Of a stretch of 64,000 nucleotides of DNA, positions 16,908-25,829 are shown piece after piece (within the stretch, counting starts at the first letter, position 1; each line of letters opens with the position of its first letter). The notes under the pieces are model-generated. The model had not been told where the DNA came from and did no database searches. It saw only the letters and a list, made by a program, of their open reading frames with translations. The position numbers and the translations under genes were made by a program. This stretch comes from a virus (taxonomy: Duplodnaviria; Caudoviricetes). Location of the stretch: the IMG/VR virus record IMGVR_UViG_3300043391_000675, positions 1-64,000 of that record. One strand, given 5' to 3'.

Positions 16908-17208
16908 GCTTTACCTTTAGCTGCTTCCAAGTATCTTTAGTTTTATGTACATTCTTTATTTTGTCCACCAATCCAGAAGACAGAAAAACTCCGCCCCAAA
17001 CCCCGTACTCGTCTTGATCAACTCCAGACCTATAGCACATCTTTATAACTGGACACGATAAACAACATTGATCAATTGCATTAGCCATTTGAACATCAGA
17101 CTCATACTTATCAAAGAAGAGATTGGTGTCCATGCCATTGCATGCTGCTAAATCCCACCATCTTATAGAATCTTGGTCTGAATTTAATTTATTTAAAATG
17201 TCTGACAT
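16897..17208 (-). CDS. whiB: WhiB-family Fe-S transcription factor
   Basis: AACNGMDTNLFF...CLSCPVIKMC...GVWGG (4 Cys plus GVWGG turn). Confidence 0.93.
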   Translation of the reverse strand: MSDILNKLNSDQDSIRWWDLAACNGMDTNLFFDKYESDVQMANAIDQCCLSCPVIKMCYRSGVDQDEYGVWGGVFLSSGLVDKIKNVHKTKDTWKQLKVKHGI

Positions 17209-17410
17209 GTTTTAGCGGAATTGACCATATACCTTTGGAATTAACTGGAAACTCGTTTGCGATTCCCCAGGAATTATTTCTATAAATACCCTTGAGATTA
17301 AAATATCCGCTACTATTTTTTTCCCATGCTATTAAATCGTAGTTGTTCCAATAAAAGTTATCACATCTTTTTATTAGAATATCTACTCCACGTTCTGTTA
17401 GGTTTAGCAT
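17189..17410 (-). CDS. Hypothetical protein
   Basis: ORF track. Confidence 0.65.
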   Translation of the reverse strand: MLNLTERGVDILIKRCDNFYWNNYDLIAWEKNSSGYFNLKGIYRNNSWGIANEFPVNSKGIWSIPLKHVRHFK

Positions 17411-17459
17411 ATTTAAATTGCCTTATGTCTATAATTATACATGACCAACACGCTGGATG

Positions 17460-18095
17460 TCAACCGTTTGGGGGCAAAATCATTTGCCAATGATGAGTTA
17501 TTAATATCTTTCTTCCCTTTAAAACCTTTAAAGACTGATGAGAATATGGGGCGGAAGACGGATACATTATTACGCTACCTGCCTCTGGCTTTATTGTTAT
17601 ATCTAAATCATTAAAGTAAAGCTCTCCGCCCTCATAATCATCATTTAGATAAACAACGATAGTGTATGCCAAATAGTAGTTGTCTTCATTAAAATCAACA
17701 TGGGATCCCATGAAGGCACCTTCATCATACTTATTTATTCCCATTGTTGTTCTTGGATCAGTTAGCAATGAAACGGCATAATACAAAGCATCTCTATCTA
17801 TATTGAATATATCTGCATATTCAATAGCACATTCAGACATCTTATTTGTTAAGCAATTAATGGCAAAAGCTGCCTTGGCTCTATCTTTATCAGAATTAAT
17901 TTCTACTATTTTATCTTTGCGTACATCTTTAATATCGCCATATCTAGTATCAGTTCCGTGCCCATTCCAGGGCCTCCAGTCGCTGACAGCGTCGTTAGAA
18001 AGGGATTCTATGGCATCAATTATTTCTTGATAATTTTTTATTACACCTTTAAAGTATACAATATTTGTTTCTGGTCTTTCTATAACTAAAGACAA
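17460..18095 (-). CDS. Prolyl 4-hydroxylase-like 2OG-Fe(II) oxygenase
   Basis: HVD...YLNDDYEGGELYF...KPEAGSVIMYPS...YSH...K. Confidence 0.88.
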   Translation of the reverse strand: MSLVIERPETNIVYFKGVIKNYQEIIDAIESLSNDAVSDWRPWNGHGTDTRYGDIKDVRKDKIVEINSDKDRAKAAFAINCLTNKMSECAIEYADIFNIDRDALYYAVSLLTDPRTTMGINKYDEGAFMGSHVDFNEDNYYLAYTIVVYLNDDYEGGELYFNDLDITIKPEAGSVIMYPSSAPYSHQSLKVLKGRKILITHHWQMILPPNG

Positions 18096-18097
18096 AA

Positions 18098-18244
18098 CTA
18101 TCTCTTTTCTTTTACGCTCACAATTTTTACTGATTGAACCTCTTCATCAGTACCAAATATCTCATTAACATAGTCTTTAGCATCATCCTCATTAAAAGCC
18201 TCAATGACTGCTGTTATCTCTATCTTAATAGAATATTTATTCAT
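18098..18244 (-). CDS. 48-aa protein, not in ORF track
   Basis: MNKYSIKIEITAVIEAFNEDDAKDYVNEIFG... Confidence 0.6.
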   Translation of the reverse strand: MNKYSIKIEITAVIEAFNEDDAKDYVNEIFGTDEEVQSVKIVSVKEKR

Positions 18245-18865
18245 TTATTTAACAGCTGAAGTTTTTCCGCCGCCAGATTTTGGTGCTGACTTCTTAACTG
18301 GAGCTGCGGCTTTCTTAACTGGAGCTGCGGCTTTCTTAACTGCTGGCTTACCAAATGAGGGTCTTCCAAATCCTACAATTCCTACTGTCTGGCTTCTGCG
18401 AAGTTTTGAACCATTCTTCTTCTTATAAGCACGATTCTTTAGGCAGCACTCTCCGCCATTTCTTTGATCGCCTTTCTTATCTGAAGATGTATTTCCTTCT
18501 ACAACATCCACTGTACCATCTGTGTTAACAGCGACAACAATTCCTACATGAGAAATTCTATCCACGCCGTCTGATGGGAAATCAAAATAGGCTATGTCTC
18601 CAGATTCTGGTGTAGCTGCTTCTGCCATCTGCCATGCACCTGATTTAATAAACGCTTGTGCACCTGCTGGAGTGTATACGGTATTTGGGACTTTTACCCC
18701 TGCCTGATCTGCACACCACATAACAAATGAACCGCACCATGGTTGAAAATTTGCCTTTGCAAACTTGCCGTACTTTGTTTCATTGTCTTTTGGGCCTTCA
18801 ATTGTTCCAACTTCTGCCAATGCAACTTCTACTAATCTTGCTGCTGTTCCCTGATCTGCTGTCAT
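18245..18865 (-). CDS. CHAP-domain peptidoglycan hydrolase (probable endolysin)
   Basis: QPWCGSFV (Cys), SHVGIV (His), VEGNT; Lys/Ala/Pro-rich tail. Confidence 0.85.
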   Translation of the reverse strand: MTADQGTAARLVEVALAEVGTIEGPKDNETKYGKFAKANFQPWCGSFVMWCADQAGVKVPNTVYTPAGAQAFIKSGAWQMAEAATPESGDIAYFDFPSDGVDRISHVGIVVAVNTDGTVDVVEGNTSSDKKGDQRNGGECCLKNRAYKKKNGSKLRRSQTVGIVGFGRPSFGKPAVKKAAAPVKKAAAPVKKSAPKSGGGKTSAVK

Positions 18866-18940
18866 TTTTTTCTCCTAATTAAATAAAGACGACCTTGTGT
18901 CATAGGAATAGTATACCATTTCTATGACTTTTTAGCAGTA

Positions 18941-19234
18941 CTATTGCTTATTAGATTTTTTGTCTACTGCCAAAAATGCCGCATTTATCTCTGTCACAGT
19001 AAGTTTTCCATCATCTAAAAAACCTCGTGCAAGCCTTTCAACTACGGTGGCAACGCCAAGAGTACCTGCTAATACAACTGCCTTATAGGTTTCAATACCT
19101 ACAATTGCTCCTGCTCCAATTACTGATAGTCCAGATGCTGCAAATACTGCAACTATTCTCATTACAATATTATTAATATTTGCAATTGCTCCTGAGCCTA
19201 CCTGCTTTGGATCTTCTAGATATGCTTTAGCCAT
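18941..19234 (-). CDS. Holin-like membrane protein
   Basis: Two TM helices; immediately upstream of the CHAP hydrolase. Confidence 0.55.
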   Translation of the reverse strand: MAKAYLEDPKQVGSGAIANINNIVMRIVAVFAASGLSVIGAGAIVGIETYKAVVLAGTLGVATVVERLARGFLDDGKLTVTEINAAFLAVDKKSNKQ

Positions 19235-19464
19235 TATTTATCCTCTTTTCTTAGTGGTATTGTAATTAACCATATTATTGTTACTGCCAATACTGCAATG
19301 CCTACAATGTCTCTTGCTGAGCCCGTTAGTGTTAGCCATGCAATAAAGAAGCCAAGGAGGGTGAATGCCTGTGCAATTAATTCCATACCTGCATCTTTAA
19401 ACCATTTAATTAATCCTTTTATTGCTTTGCCCAATAAGCTAAATGCTTTTTTGATTATTTTCAT
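19234..19464 (-). CDS. Small two-TM membrane protein
   Basis: Basic amphipathic N-terminus, two TM helices, charged C-terminus. Confidence 0.6.
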   Translation of the reverse strand: MKIIKKAFSLLGKAIKGLIKWFKDAGMELIAQAFTLLGFFIAWLTLTGSARDIVGIAVLAVTIIWLITIPLRKEDK

Positions 19465-21578
19465 TTGTTCCTCCTTATCATTGCCCCTGCAATTTGTGAT
19501 GCAATGACCACTGGGACAATTACTTCCTGCGCTTTTTCTCTCTGATCATCTGTCATATCCATACCTAACTCAGAGAAATTAGATAGTAATTCTGTAACAT
19601 CCACTTCAAATACTGCTCCAAGTGGGTCTGCTAGGAATGCTTCTGTTTGTACTTCTGTTACTGCATCTGCTAATGTAAATGGCATTGGAGTTTCTCCTGC
19701 CTCCGCCTCTCTATCTGAGAACTCAACGAATGCTTCTGCCAGTGCTGGGTTAGACTTCATCTGCTCAGCAATCTGTGCAACTTCCGAAGGCTTAATGCCA
19801 AGGTCTTGTGCAACTTCAACCTTAGCTTCTTGAGTCAATGCTCTAAGTGTTTGGCTAACTGCTGTTACTTGTTCAGGGGAAAGAGTAACTAACTTATTAT
19901 CACTGCTTGTAAGGTTAGCAATAACATTAGATAGATCTTCTTCTGTTCCCGTTCCTTTTTCAGGAACAAGTGCTGCTAATACTTTATCAGTAATTTCTAC
20001 ATCTGGTTCATTCCAAGGGTTCTCTTCTGGCTTTGGTTCTGGTCCAGGTTCTGGAGATGGTTCTGGGGCAGGCTCCTCAGTTGGTTCTGGGGTAGGTTCA
20101 GGAGTTGGTGATTCCTCTGGGGTAGGCTCAGGGGTAGGCTCAGGTGTAGGCTCTTCTGTAGGGTCCACTGTAGGCTCTGGAGAAGGCTCTGGTGTAGGAG
20201 GCTCTTCTGGTGTTGGTTCAGGGCTTGGCTCTGGTGTAGGAGGCTCTTCTGGTGTTGGTTCTGGACTTGGCTCAGGAGTAGGTGGCTCTTCAGCAGTTGG
20301 TTCAGGACTTGGTTCTGGGGTAGGCTGATTGGCTGCAGCGTTGGCTGCTGCTTGTGCAATAGCAGATTGAATTTCTCTTTGTAGTTGCTCGTCATAGTAA
20401 CGCCATGCGTCATCAATTGCATTATTAACATTACTGATTGCTTGATTGTATGAACTAATAGCATTATTTTTATTTTGTAATGCCGCTACAACATTTAAAC
20501 TTGCATTCTCAGCCTCAGTTGTTTTATTAGTTAGTGTTTGATTGTAACCATTAAGTGTTGATACTGCTTGGTTATAAACATTTAGTTTGTCATTGTATAC
20601 AGCCTGTGCTGAGGTAACTGCATCAGTTAACTCTTGGCTTGGAGCACTTCCTATAATAGTTTTTATAATTACATTATCAATAATATACCAGTCAGCATTT
20701 GCCCAAAAATATATCTCATGAATTTGTTTACCAGGTAGGGCATCTAAAACCTCTTGATGAACAAATCCTGGATAATTTGAATTAACATTGTCTTGAATTG
20801 TAAAGTTATATGTTGTTCCATCTGTATGCCTGACCATAGCAGTGGCATCTCCATTTTTTGCATAAACGGAAAATTTAACCTGAGTAACTGCTCCCCCACT
20901 CCAATTGGCAACACGAAAAGCAAGTGTTTGACTTGGTAATTTAAGATGTAGTGCTGGTGGGTTTGTATAATCATTACTTGGAACCTGGTCGCTTCCATAA
21001 AAATATCCACCATTATTTGTTGAAGTTATTGCAACCTCAGTGCCCACAGAGTTTCCATTTGAGTCTATTGATTCAACTATAAATATACTAAGAGCACCTG
21101 CTGGCCAATTTTGTCTACCATTATTTATACTATTATTATTAAAATCTTCTGTTGTAATATCAGTTATTGAGCCAGATTGGGTTGATAAGTTTATGTTGGC
21201 TATATCAAGAGCATCTTGGGCATTATTTTTATTAGTTAGGGCAGTTGCAACTACTACTGTCTGTCCATCTACGGCTGATTGGGCTGATGCTTTTTCTTCT
21301 CCCGCCGTGGCTTTTAAGACAAGGGACGAATCATATGTGGCAGAGGTCTGAGTTTGTGTTTCTTTTGCAGATACTGCAATGGCATACTTATCTTCTGCCT
21401 CTTCAATTAGGGATATAAATTCATCCTTATAACCAAGGTCGTCAATGCTGTTATTTAGCTCTTCAATTTCTTGAGCTGCCAAGCTTAATGGGTCATCAGA
21501 ATAGGCGGGGGACATAAAAAGCCATCCAAATGCAAGCATTATGGACGCTGTTATTCTAAATAATTTTTCCCTTTTCAA
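19461..21578 (-). CDS. Large exported/membrane-anchored protein with coiled coil and (PEPT/PEPS)n linker
   Basis: Signal-like N-terminus, long heptads, Pro/Glu repeat at about 20020-20325, hydrophobic-then-basic C-terminus. Confidence 0.7.
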   Translation of the reverse strand: MKREKLFRITASIMLAFGWLFMSPAYSDDPLSLAAQEIEELNNSIDDLGYKDEFISLIEEAEDKYAIAVSAKETQTQTSATYDSSLVLKATAGEEKASAQSAVDGQTVVVATALTNKNNAQDALDIANINLSTQSGSITDITTEDFNNNSINNGRQNWPAGALSIFIVESIDSNGNSVGTEVAITSTNNGGYFYGSDQVPSNDYTNPPALHLKLPSQTLAFRVANWSGGAVTQVKFSVYAKNGDATAMVRHTDGTTYNFTIQDNVNSNYPGFVHQEVLDALPGKQIHEIYFWANADWYIIDNVIIKTIIGSAPSQELTDAVTSAQAVYNDKLNVYNQAVSTLNGYNQTLTNKTTEAENASLNVVAALQNKNNAISSYNQAISNVNNAIDDAWRYYDEQLQREIQSAIAQAAANAAANQPTPEPSPEPTAEEPPTPEPSPEPTPEEPPTPEPSPEPTPEEPPTPEPSPEPTVDPTEEPTPEPTPEPTPEESPTPEPTPEPTEEPAPEPSPEPGPEPKPEENPWNEPDVEITDKVLAALVPEKGTGTEEDLSNVIANLTSSDNKLVTLSPEQVTAVSQTLRALTQEAKVEVAQDLGIKPSEVAQIAEQMKSNPALAEAFVEFSDREAEAGETPMPFTLADAVTEVQTEAFLADPLGAVFEVDVTELLSNFSELGMDMTDDQREKAQEVIVPVVIASQIAGAMIRRNK

Positions 21579-21628
21579 CTATGGCTCCTAAATAAGCAAA
21601 ATGCCTATTGAGTAATTATACCACTTAG

Positions 21629-21817
21629 CTATTTAGGATTATCTGTTTTATAAAAGCCATTACCTTTAAACTGTACACCAACTGTAGTAAAAAATCGTGT
21701 CATATCAGATTCACACTCTATGCATGTGTATCCAGGATCATCTTCAGTCATTGGTCTGTGTACTGACATTTTTGCATGTGCATCATCATATGAACACTTA
21801 TATTCGTATACTGGCAC
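21629..21817 (-). CDS. FmdB-family zinc-ribbon protein
   Basis: MPVYEYKC...CIEC...FKGNGFYKTD. Confidence 0.85.
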   Translation of the reverse strand: MPVYEYKCSYDDAHAKMSVHRPMTEDDPGYTCIECESDMTRFFTTVGVQFKGNGFYKTDNPK

Positions 21818-22239
21818 TACTTCCCGCTTTTCTTCCTAGCTTTTGCTAATGCATCGAAGTCTTTAATCTTTGTTTCTCCCATATAGCCCCAAGCATGTCC
21901 GTCTTCAATCATCTTTTGATTAATAGACTTATCTGATCCGTCCAAGAAAACCCATCCTAAAATGCGACCATACTTTTCAGATGAGTCCATCTTTTCTGTT
22001 TTGATAACAACAGATTTAGCTGAGTCAATTGCACTCTTAAGGTAAGCCTTGGCTTCAAGACCTAATGCTTTTTCCATTTTATCTGTTGTACGACTTTCTG
22101 GAGTATCTATCCCAGCTAACCTGACTCTTGAAGTAAATGATATATCAAACCCAAGATCAATATCTACATCAATAGTATCTCCGTCTACAACCTTACTTAC
22201 TTTCTTTACATAATATTCAAACATTATTTTCTCCCCCAT
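21817..22239 (-). CDS. Thermonuclease (SNase-like)
   Basis: VVDGDTI, VRLAGIDTPE, KYGRILG. Confidence 0.9.
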   Translation of the reverse strand: MGEKIMFEYYVKKVSKVVDGDTIDVDIDLGFDISFTSRVRLAGIDTPESRTTDKMEKALGLEAKAYLKSAIDSAKSVVIKTEKMDSSEKYGRILGWVFLDGSDKSINQKMIEDGHAWGYMGETKIKDFDALAKARKKSGK

Positions 22240-22436
22240 TTAACTTTATTCCAACCACGCTCATGGAAGTAATAAAGAATTGTCTTTGTAAATACTTCAA
22301 AACTTGCTATTGCTCCTGCTGTTACTGGCTCTTTTGTTATTGCCCAGGATATTACAAAAGTGTCTGCTGTACCAATTATACGCCATGTAATAGCCTTTAA
22401 TGCTGATCTTTGTTTGGTTACCTTCATGATGGCCAC
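22224..22436 (-). CDS. DUF2061 family membrane protein
   Basis: RSALKAITWRIIGT...YYFHERGW. Confidence 0.85.
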   Translation of the reverse strand: MAIMKVTKQRSALKAITWRIIGTADTFVISWAITKEPVTAGAIASFEVFTKTILYYFHERGWNKVKWGRK

Positions 22437-22472
22437 TCCATATTGTTAGGCTTAGTAATCAAGTTCCAGACT

Positions 22473-23249
22473 TTAGATACCCATCTCTTTACGTTTTTGC
22501 GTAGCCGATATAGCATGAATGTCTGCCCCCAAATCTACTTGTTCAATTTTATATCCTACATCTCTACCGTATACAATATTTGTTATGTTAGGTAGTCTTA
22601 GTACTAATGCACCATCCATAAATTCATCTTTGGCGATATATTCTTTTACCTGATCAAACCTAAGAGGATCTTTCTCACTTGTATTATAGGTATTACGGAC
22701 TCCCAGAAGTACCTGCTCAGTTCTCTTGCCAGCCTCCTTGTAAAGGGCGTGGTGGCCTTCGTGCCAAGGCTGGTACCTACCTAGCATAAGTGTTGTGGGT
22801 GCAGACCAGTCATGTAGTCTGAACTGCTTAATAATTTCTGTTGCTTTTTCGTTTGCGTTCCACTCATGACTAATAAAAGCCATGTCAAAATTGCTGGGTA
22901 CTTCAAACATTTTATTAGTATCTTCAAATCTGCTTTCTTCAATTGTTTCCATGTAGATTAAAATATCTGGCTTTCCAAATGCTTTACGAGTTAATTCTGT
23001 TGGGCATACAAAATCTACAATGACTGGAGCAACGCCCTGCTTAGATATTAGTCTTGCCATCTCGCCCATGCGTCTTGCTTGCTCTAATCTGTCTTCTGGT
23101 GTGAATCCTAGGTCGGAGTTTACTGTAGCACGAACCTCGTCTGCATTAAGATGAATAGCGTTAATTCTTTCTTTTAAAGCCTTTGCAAGTTCTGTTTTGC
23201 CAGATCCTGGGAGACCAATTATTTGTATAATCATAGGATTCCTTTCCAC
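22473..23249 (-). CDS. cysC: Adenylylsulfate kinase-like domain fused to an HxGH nucleotidyltransferase domain
   Basis: GLPGSGKT, LNADEVR, LGFTPEDR, FVCP; C-terminal GRYQPWHEGH and YGRDVG; start GTG 23249 or ATG 23234. Confidence 0.8.
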   Translation of the reverse strand: MERNPMIIQIIGLPGSGKTELAKALKERINAIHLNADEVRATVNSDLGFTPEDRLEQARRMGEMARLISKQGVAPVIVDFVCPTELTRKAFGKPDILIYMETIEESRFEDTNKMFEVPSNFDMAFISHEWNANEKATEIIKQFRLHDWSAPTTLMLGRYQPWHEGHHALYKEAGKRTEQVLLGVRNTYNTSEKDPLRFDQVKEYIAKDEFMDGALVLRLPNITNIVYGRDVGYKIEQVDLGADIHAISATQKRKEMGI

Positions 23250-23253
23250 TAAA

Positions 23254-23892
23254 CTATAGTACCATAGGGCTGGGAGCATAGTCAAACTTATTTATCTCCC
23301 AAGACCAGTCTTCGTATATCTCTTCAATATGTCTTGGTTCAAAAATATCTACAGGCTTAATGTCTTTAGGCTTGTACATTTTTTCTTTGGCATTAATTAC
23401 TATTGAGTCTATGCCCACATTATTTAACGTCTTGTTAATTTGATCTAGGCCATTCTCATACTTATATACATTTTTTGCCATCACCATGCCATCTTTTGTA
23501 TATATACTTCTTGACTTGTGGCTAGTAATCTTATTTAGTATAGTTTTATTACTAAAGTATTTATCTACATCAGATACAGATGGTATATTTATGCCGCTCC
23601 AAGAAAATGACATATACATATGAGATAAGACTACATCGAATGGGTTCCTTACAAAAACAACGGACTCCGCTTTATCAAGAACCTCCTTGCCCAACAGACC
23701 CTCAAGCTCAATGTAAGTGATATGATTATGAAAGTTATTAAAGTTCCTTGGCCTATGCAATAAATTTTCTGGATAAATTGGTGTAACAATTGCAGAATCA
23801 TCTAAAACTTGTGATAGCTCAACCTCTAGGGATGTGCTACCAACTTTATAATTTTTTAATAACAAAAAGTTATGCTTTGCTGAATAGATCAT
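23254..23892 (-). CDS. Sulfotransferase family 2-like protein
   Basis: KNYKVGSTS (5'-PSB-like) and FVRNPFDVVLS (3'-PB). Confidence 0.7.
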   Translation of the reverse strand: MIYSAKHNFLLLKNYKVGSTSLEVELSQVLDDSAIVTPIYPENLLHRPRNFNNFHNHITYIELEGLLGKEVLDKAESVVFVRNPFDVVLSHMYMSFSWSGINIPSVSDVDKYFSNKTILNKITSHKSRSIYTKDGMVMAKNVYKYENGLDQINKTLNNVGIDSIVINAKEKMYKPKDIKPVDIFEPRHIEEIYEDWSWEINKFDYAPSPMVL

Positions 23893-24449
23893 TTAATAAA
23901 CTTGTTAGGCAATATATCTAGCAAAAGATGAATTCGCTCTGTGCTTCCATTGTTTTCTACGCTATGAAGGAGGCTGTTATTTATTTCCCAACATTCTCCC
24001 ACCTTCATGTTTTTGCTTTCTTTATTAACAAAGAAAAGTACATCTTCATTTGTTGTTATTGGAATGTGGTGCCTTCTAACTGCCCCCAAGTAGTCCATTT
24101 TATCCGTATGCTCTCCAACATTTTTATTTTCAGGAAGCTTAATAAAAAGACATTTGCCAACCCTACCATCATGAATTAACTCAAGACTTTTAACAATTGG
24201 AGAAACAAGATCAATCATAACTGACTGACTATCATTTACTTTTAAAGCATATTTATTGCCGAAGAACCAGTTAGTTGTATGGTCATAAATAAATATAGAG
24301 TTGGTTTCTTTATGCACTTCGTATGACATTTGTCTTTCTTTGTCTACAAACCACTCATCGGAATATTGCAATATGTGATCTGATATTTTTGATACGTCGA
24401 ACTTCCCGTGAAACTTATAGTTAAATGGCTCATCTATTTTGCTAATCAT
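23889..24449 (-). CDS. Aspartyl/asparaginyl beta-hydroxylase family oxygenase (paralog of 5247-5879)
   Basis: HTD..YL.AVRR.HIPITTN...ECWEINN..HSVEN..RIHLLLD. Confidence 0.85.
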   Translation of the reverse strand: MISKIDEPFNYKFHGKFDVSKISDHILQYSDEWFVDKERQMSYEVHKETNSIFIYDHTTNWFFGNKYALKVNDSQSVMIDLVSPIVKSLELIHDGRVGKCLFIKLPENKNVGEHTDKMDYLGAVRRHHIPITTNEDVLFFVNKESKNMKVGECWEINNSLLHSVENNGSTERIHLLLDILPNKFIK

Positions 24450-25498
24450 CTATGACCAGACTCTAAGTTAGACATTGATGAAACCTCAATGTAGGTAGCA
24501 TTTTGTCTAAAGTCTAATAGGTTTTCTGATCCAGAGTAAGACAAGGCACTCTTTACGTTATTTAAAAGCATATTCAAAGAATACTCTACTGGGCCTTTAG
24601 GGCTAACAAAGCCTGATACTCCTTCAACGTATAAATTTTTTAAATCTTTAACTAGGTCTGGGTTATTGTCTCTTTGAACTTCCATTGAAGCAGAACCTCT
24701 AAATACATGTTTACCGTCTTTGTCAGTATCGCATTCATCGTGTCCAGAAAAGAAAGATCCCATCATTACTGCAGAAGCTCCAGCTGCCAAAGCTTTTGCA
24801 ACATCTCCGTTATTCTTAATTCCACCATCTGATATTATTCCGTTTACCTCAAAGTTATTAATGTTTTCATACACATCCATAACTGATGATAAAACTGGTA
24901 CCCCGAACCCTGTGACAACTCTAGTTGTACACGCTGCTCCTCCACCAATCCCAACTCTAACGGAATCAGCGCCAGCATCCATTAAGTCTTGGTACGCTTC
25001 GTATGAAGAAACATTTCCAACCATAATGTGAACACTAGAATCTACCAACAGCCTAAGATCTCTTACTGCATCAACTACAATTTTTAAATGTCCTAGAGCA
25101 ACCTCTAAAAGAAATACTGTTATGCCCAGATCCCTTAAAGTTTTAATACATCTTTCATCTCTTGATTCTTCAATAGATATGGCAAAGCCAAGCAACTTCT
25201 TATCTACGCTTAAAGGTATTGTATTTAATCTATTTATTCTTTGATCAAAATTAGCGTATCTTGGAAGTATAGCCATGCCTCCAAAAGATACAACCTTTTC
25301 TATCATGGCGTTGCTTGTAATAAAATCCATAGGAGCCATGATTAAAGGAGATCTTAAATGAATAAAAGCTTCTGGTCTAATTGGGTTACCAACTACAGTG
25401 TCTATCTTTATGTTACCTCTTGTAACTATATTAGACTTTTTAGGGACAAGTAGTATGTCATCAAAGCAGATTGATCTAGTATTTGTATCTTTTTTCAT
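24446..25498 (-). CDS. IMP dehydrogenase / GMP reductase family (no CBS domains)
   Basis: FDDILLVP, VRVGIGGGAACTTR (catalytic Cys), SDGGI, VMMGS, VEG. Confidence 0.9.
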   Translation of the reverse strand: MKKDTNTRSICFDDILLVPKKSNIVTRGNIKIDTVVGNPIRPEAFIHLRSPLIMAPMDFITSNAMIEKVVSFGGMAILPRYANFDQRINRLNTIPLSVDKKLLGFAISIEESRDERCIKTLRDLGITVFLLEVALGHLKIVVDAVRDLRLLVDSSVHIMVGNVSSYEAYQDLMDAGADSVRVGIGGGAACTTRVVTGFGVPVLSSVMDVYENINNFEVNGIISDGGIKNNGDVAKALAAGASAVMMGSFFSGHDECDTDKDGKHVFRGSASMEVQRDNNPDLVKDLKNLYVEGVSGFVSPKGPVEYSLNMLLNNVKSALSYSGSENLLDFRQNATYIEVSSMSNLESGHR

Positions 25499-25521
25499 AG
25501 TTCCCCCTTTTTATTTAATAG

Positions 25522-25594
25522 TGTCCCCAGATGGTATCGAACCATCGACCCGCAGATTAAAAGTCTGCTGCTCTACCAGCTGAGCTATAGGAAC
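25522..25594 (-). tRNA. tRNA-Lys(TTT)
   Basis: Cloverleaf; anticodon loop CT-TTT-AA; GGTTCGA T-loop. Confidence 0.93.
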
Positions 25595-25595
25595 G

Positions 25596-25668
25596 CTGCC
25601 CCACCTGGCCTCGATCCAGGGACATCCGAATTAACAGTTCGGCGCTCTACCAACTGAGCTATGGGGCA
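25596..25668 (-). tRNA. tRNA-Asn(GTT)
   Basis: Acceptor TGCCCCA/TGGGGCA; loop CT-GTT-AA; atypical T-loop ATCGAGG. Confidence 0.9.
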
Positions 25669-25695
25669 TAGGTAATTATTTTACCCTAGGCCATG

Positions 25696-25818
25696 TTATT
25701 TCTTTTTATTAAAAGAAAAAACTTTTTCCTTTGCATTTTGAGATGCTTGCTTAAACCCATAAACATATGAGCCAATCATTAAACCCACAATTGCTGTTGA
25801 ATGTGCTAAATAAAACAT
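25696..25818 (-). CDS. 40-aa single-TM protein, not in ORF track
   Basis: MFYLAHSTAIVGLMIGSYVYGFKQ... Confidence 0.5.
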   Translation of the reverse strand: MFYLAHSTAIVGLMIGSYVYGFKQASQNAKEKVFSFNKKK

Positions 25819-25829
25819 TGCACTTCTCA

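Noticed and set aside
19997-21013. Same-strand alternative-frame ORFs inside the 705-aa gene (also inside katG, dnaE and the fibre gene)
   Set aside because: They are nested in longer, motif-bearing frames and arise from repetitive or biased codons.
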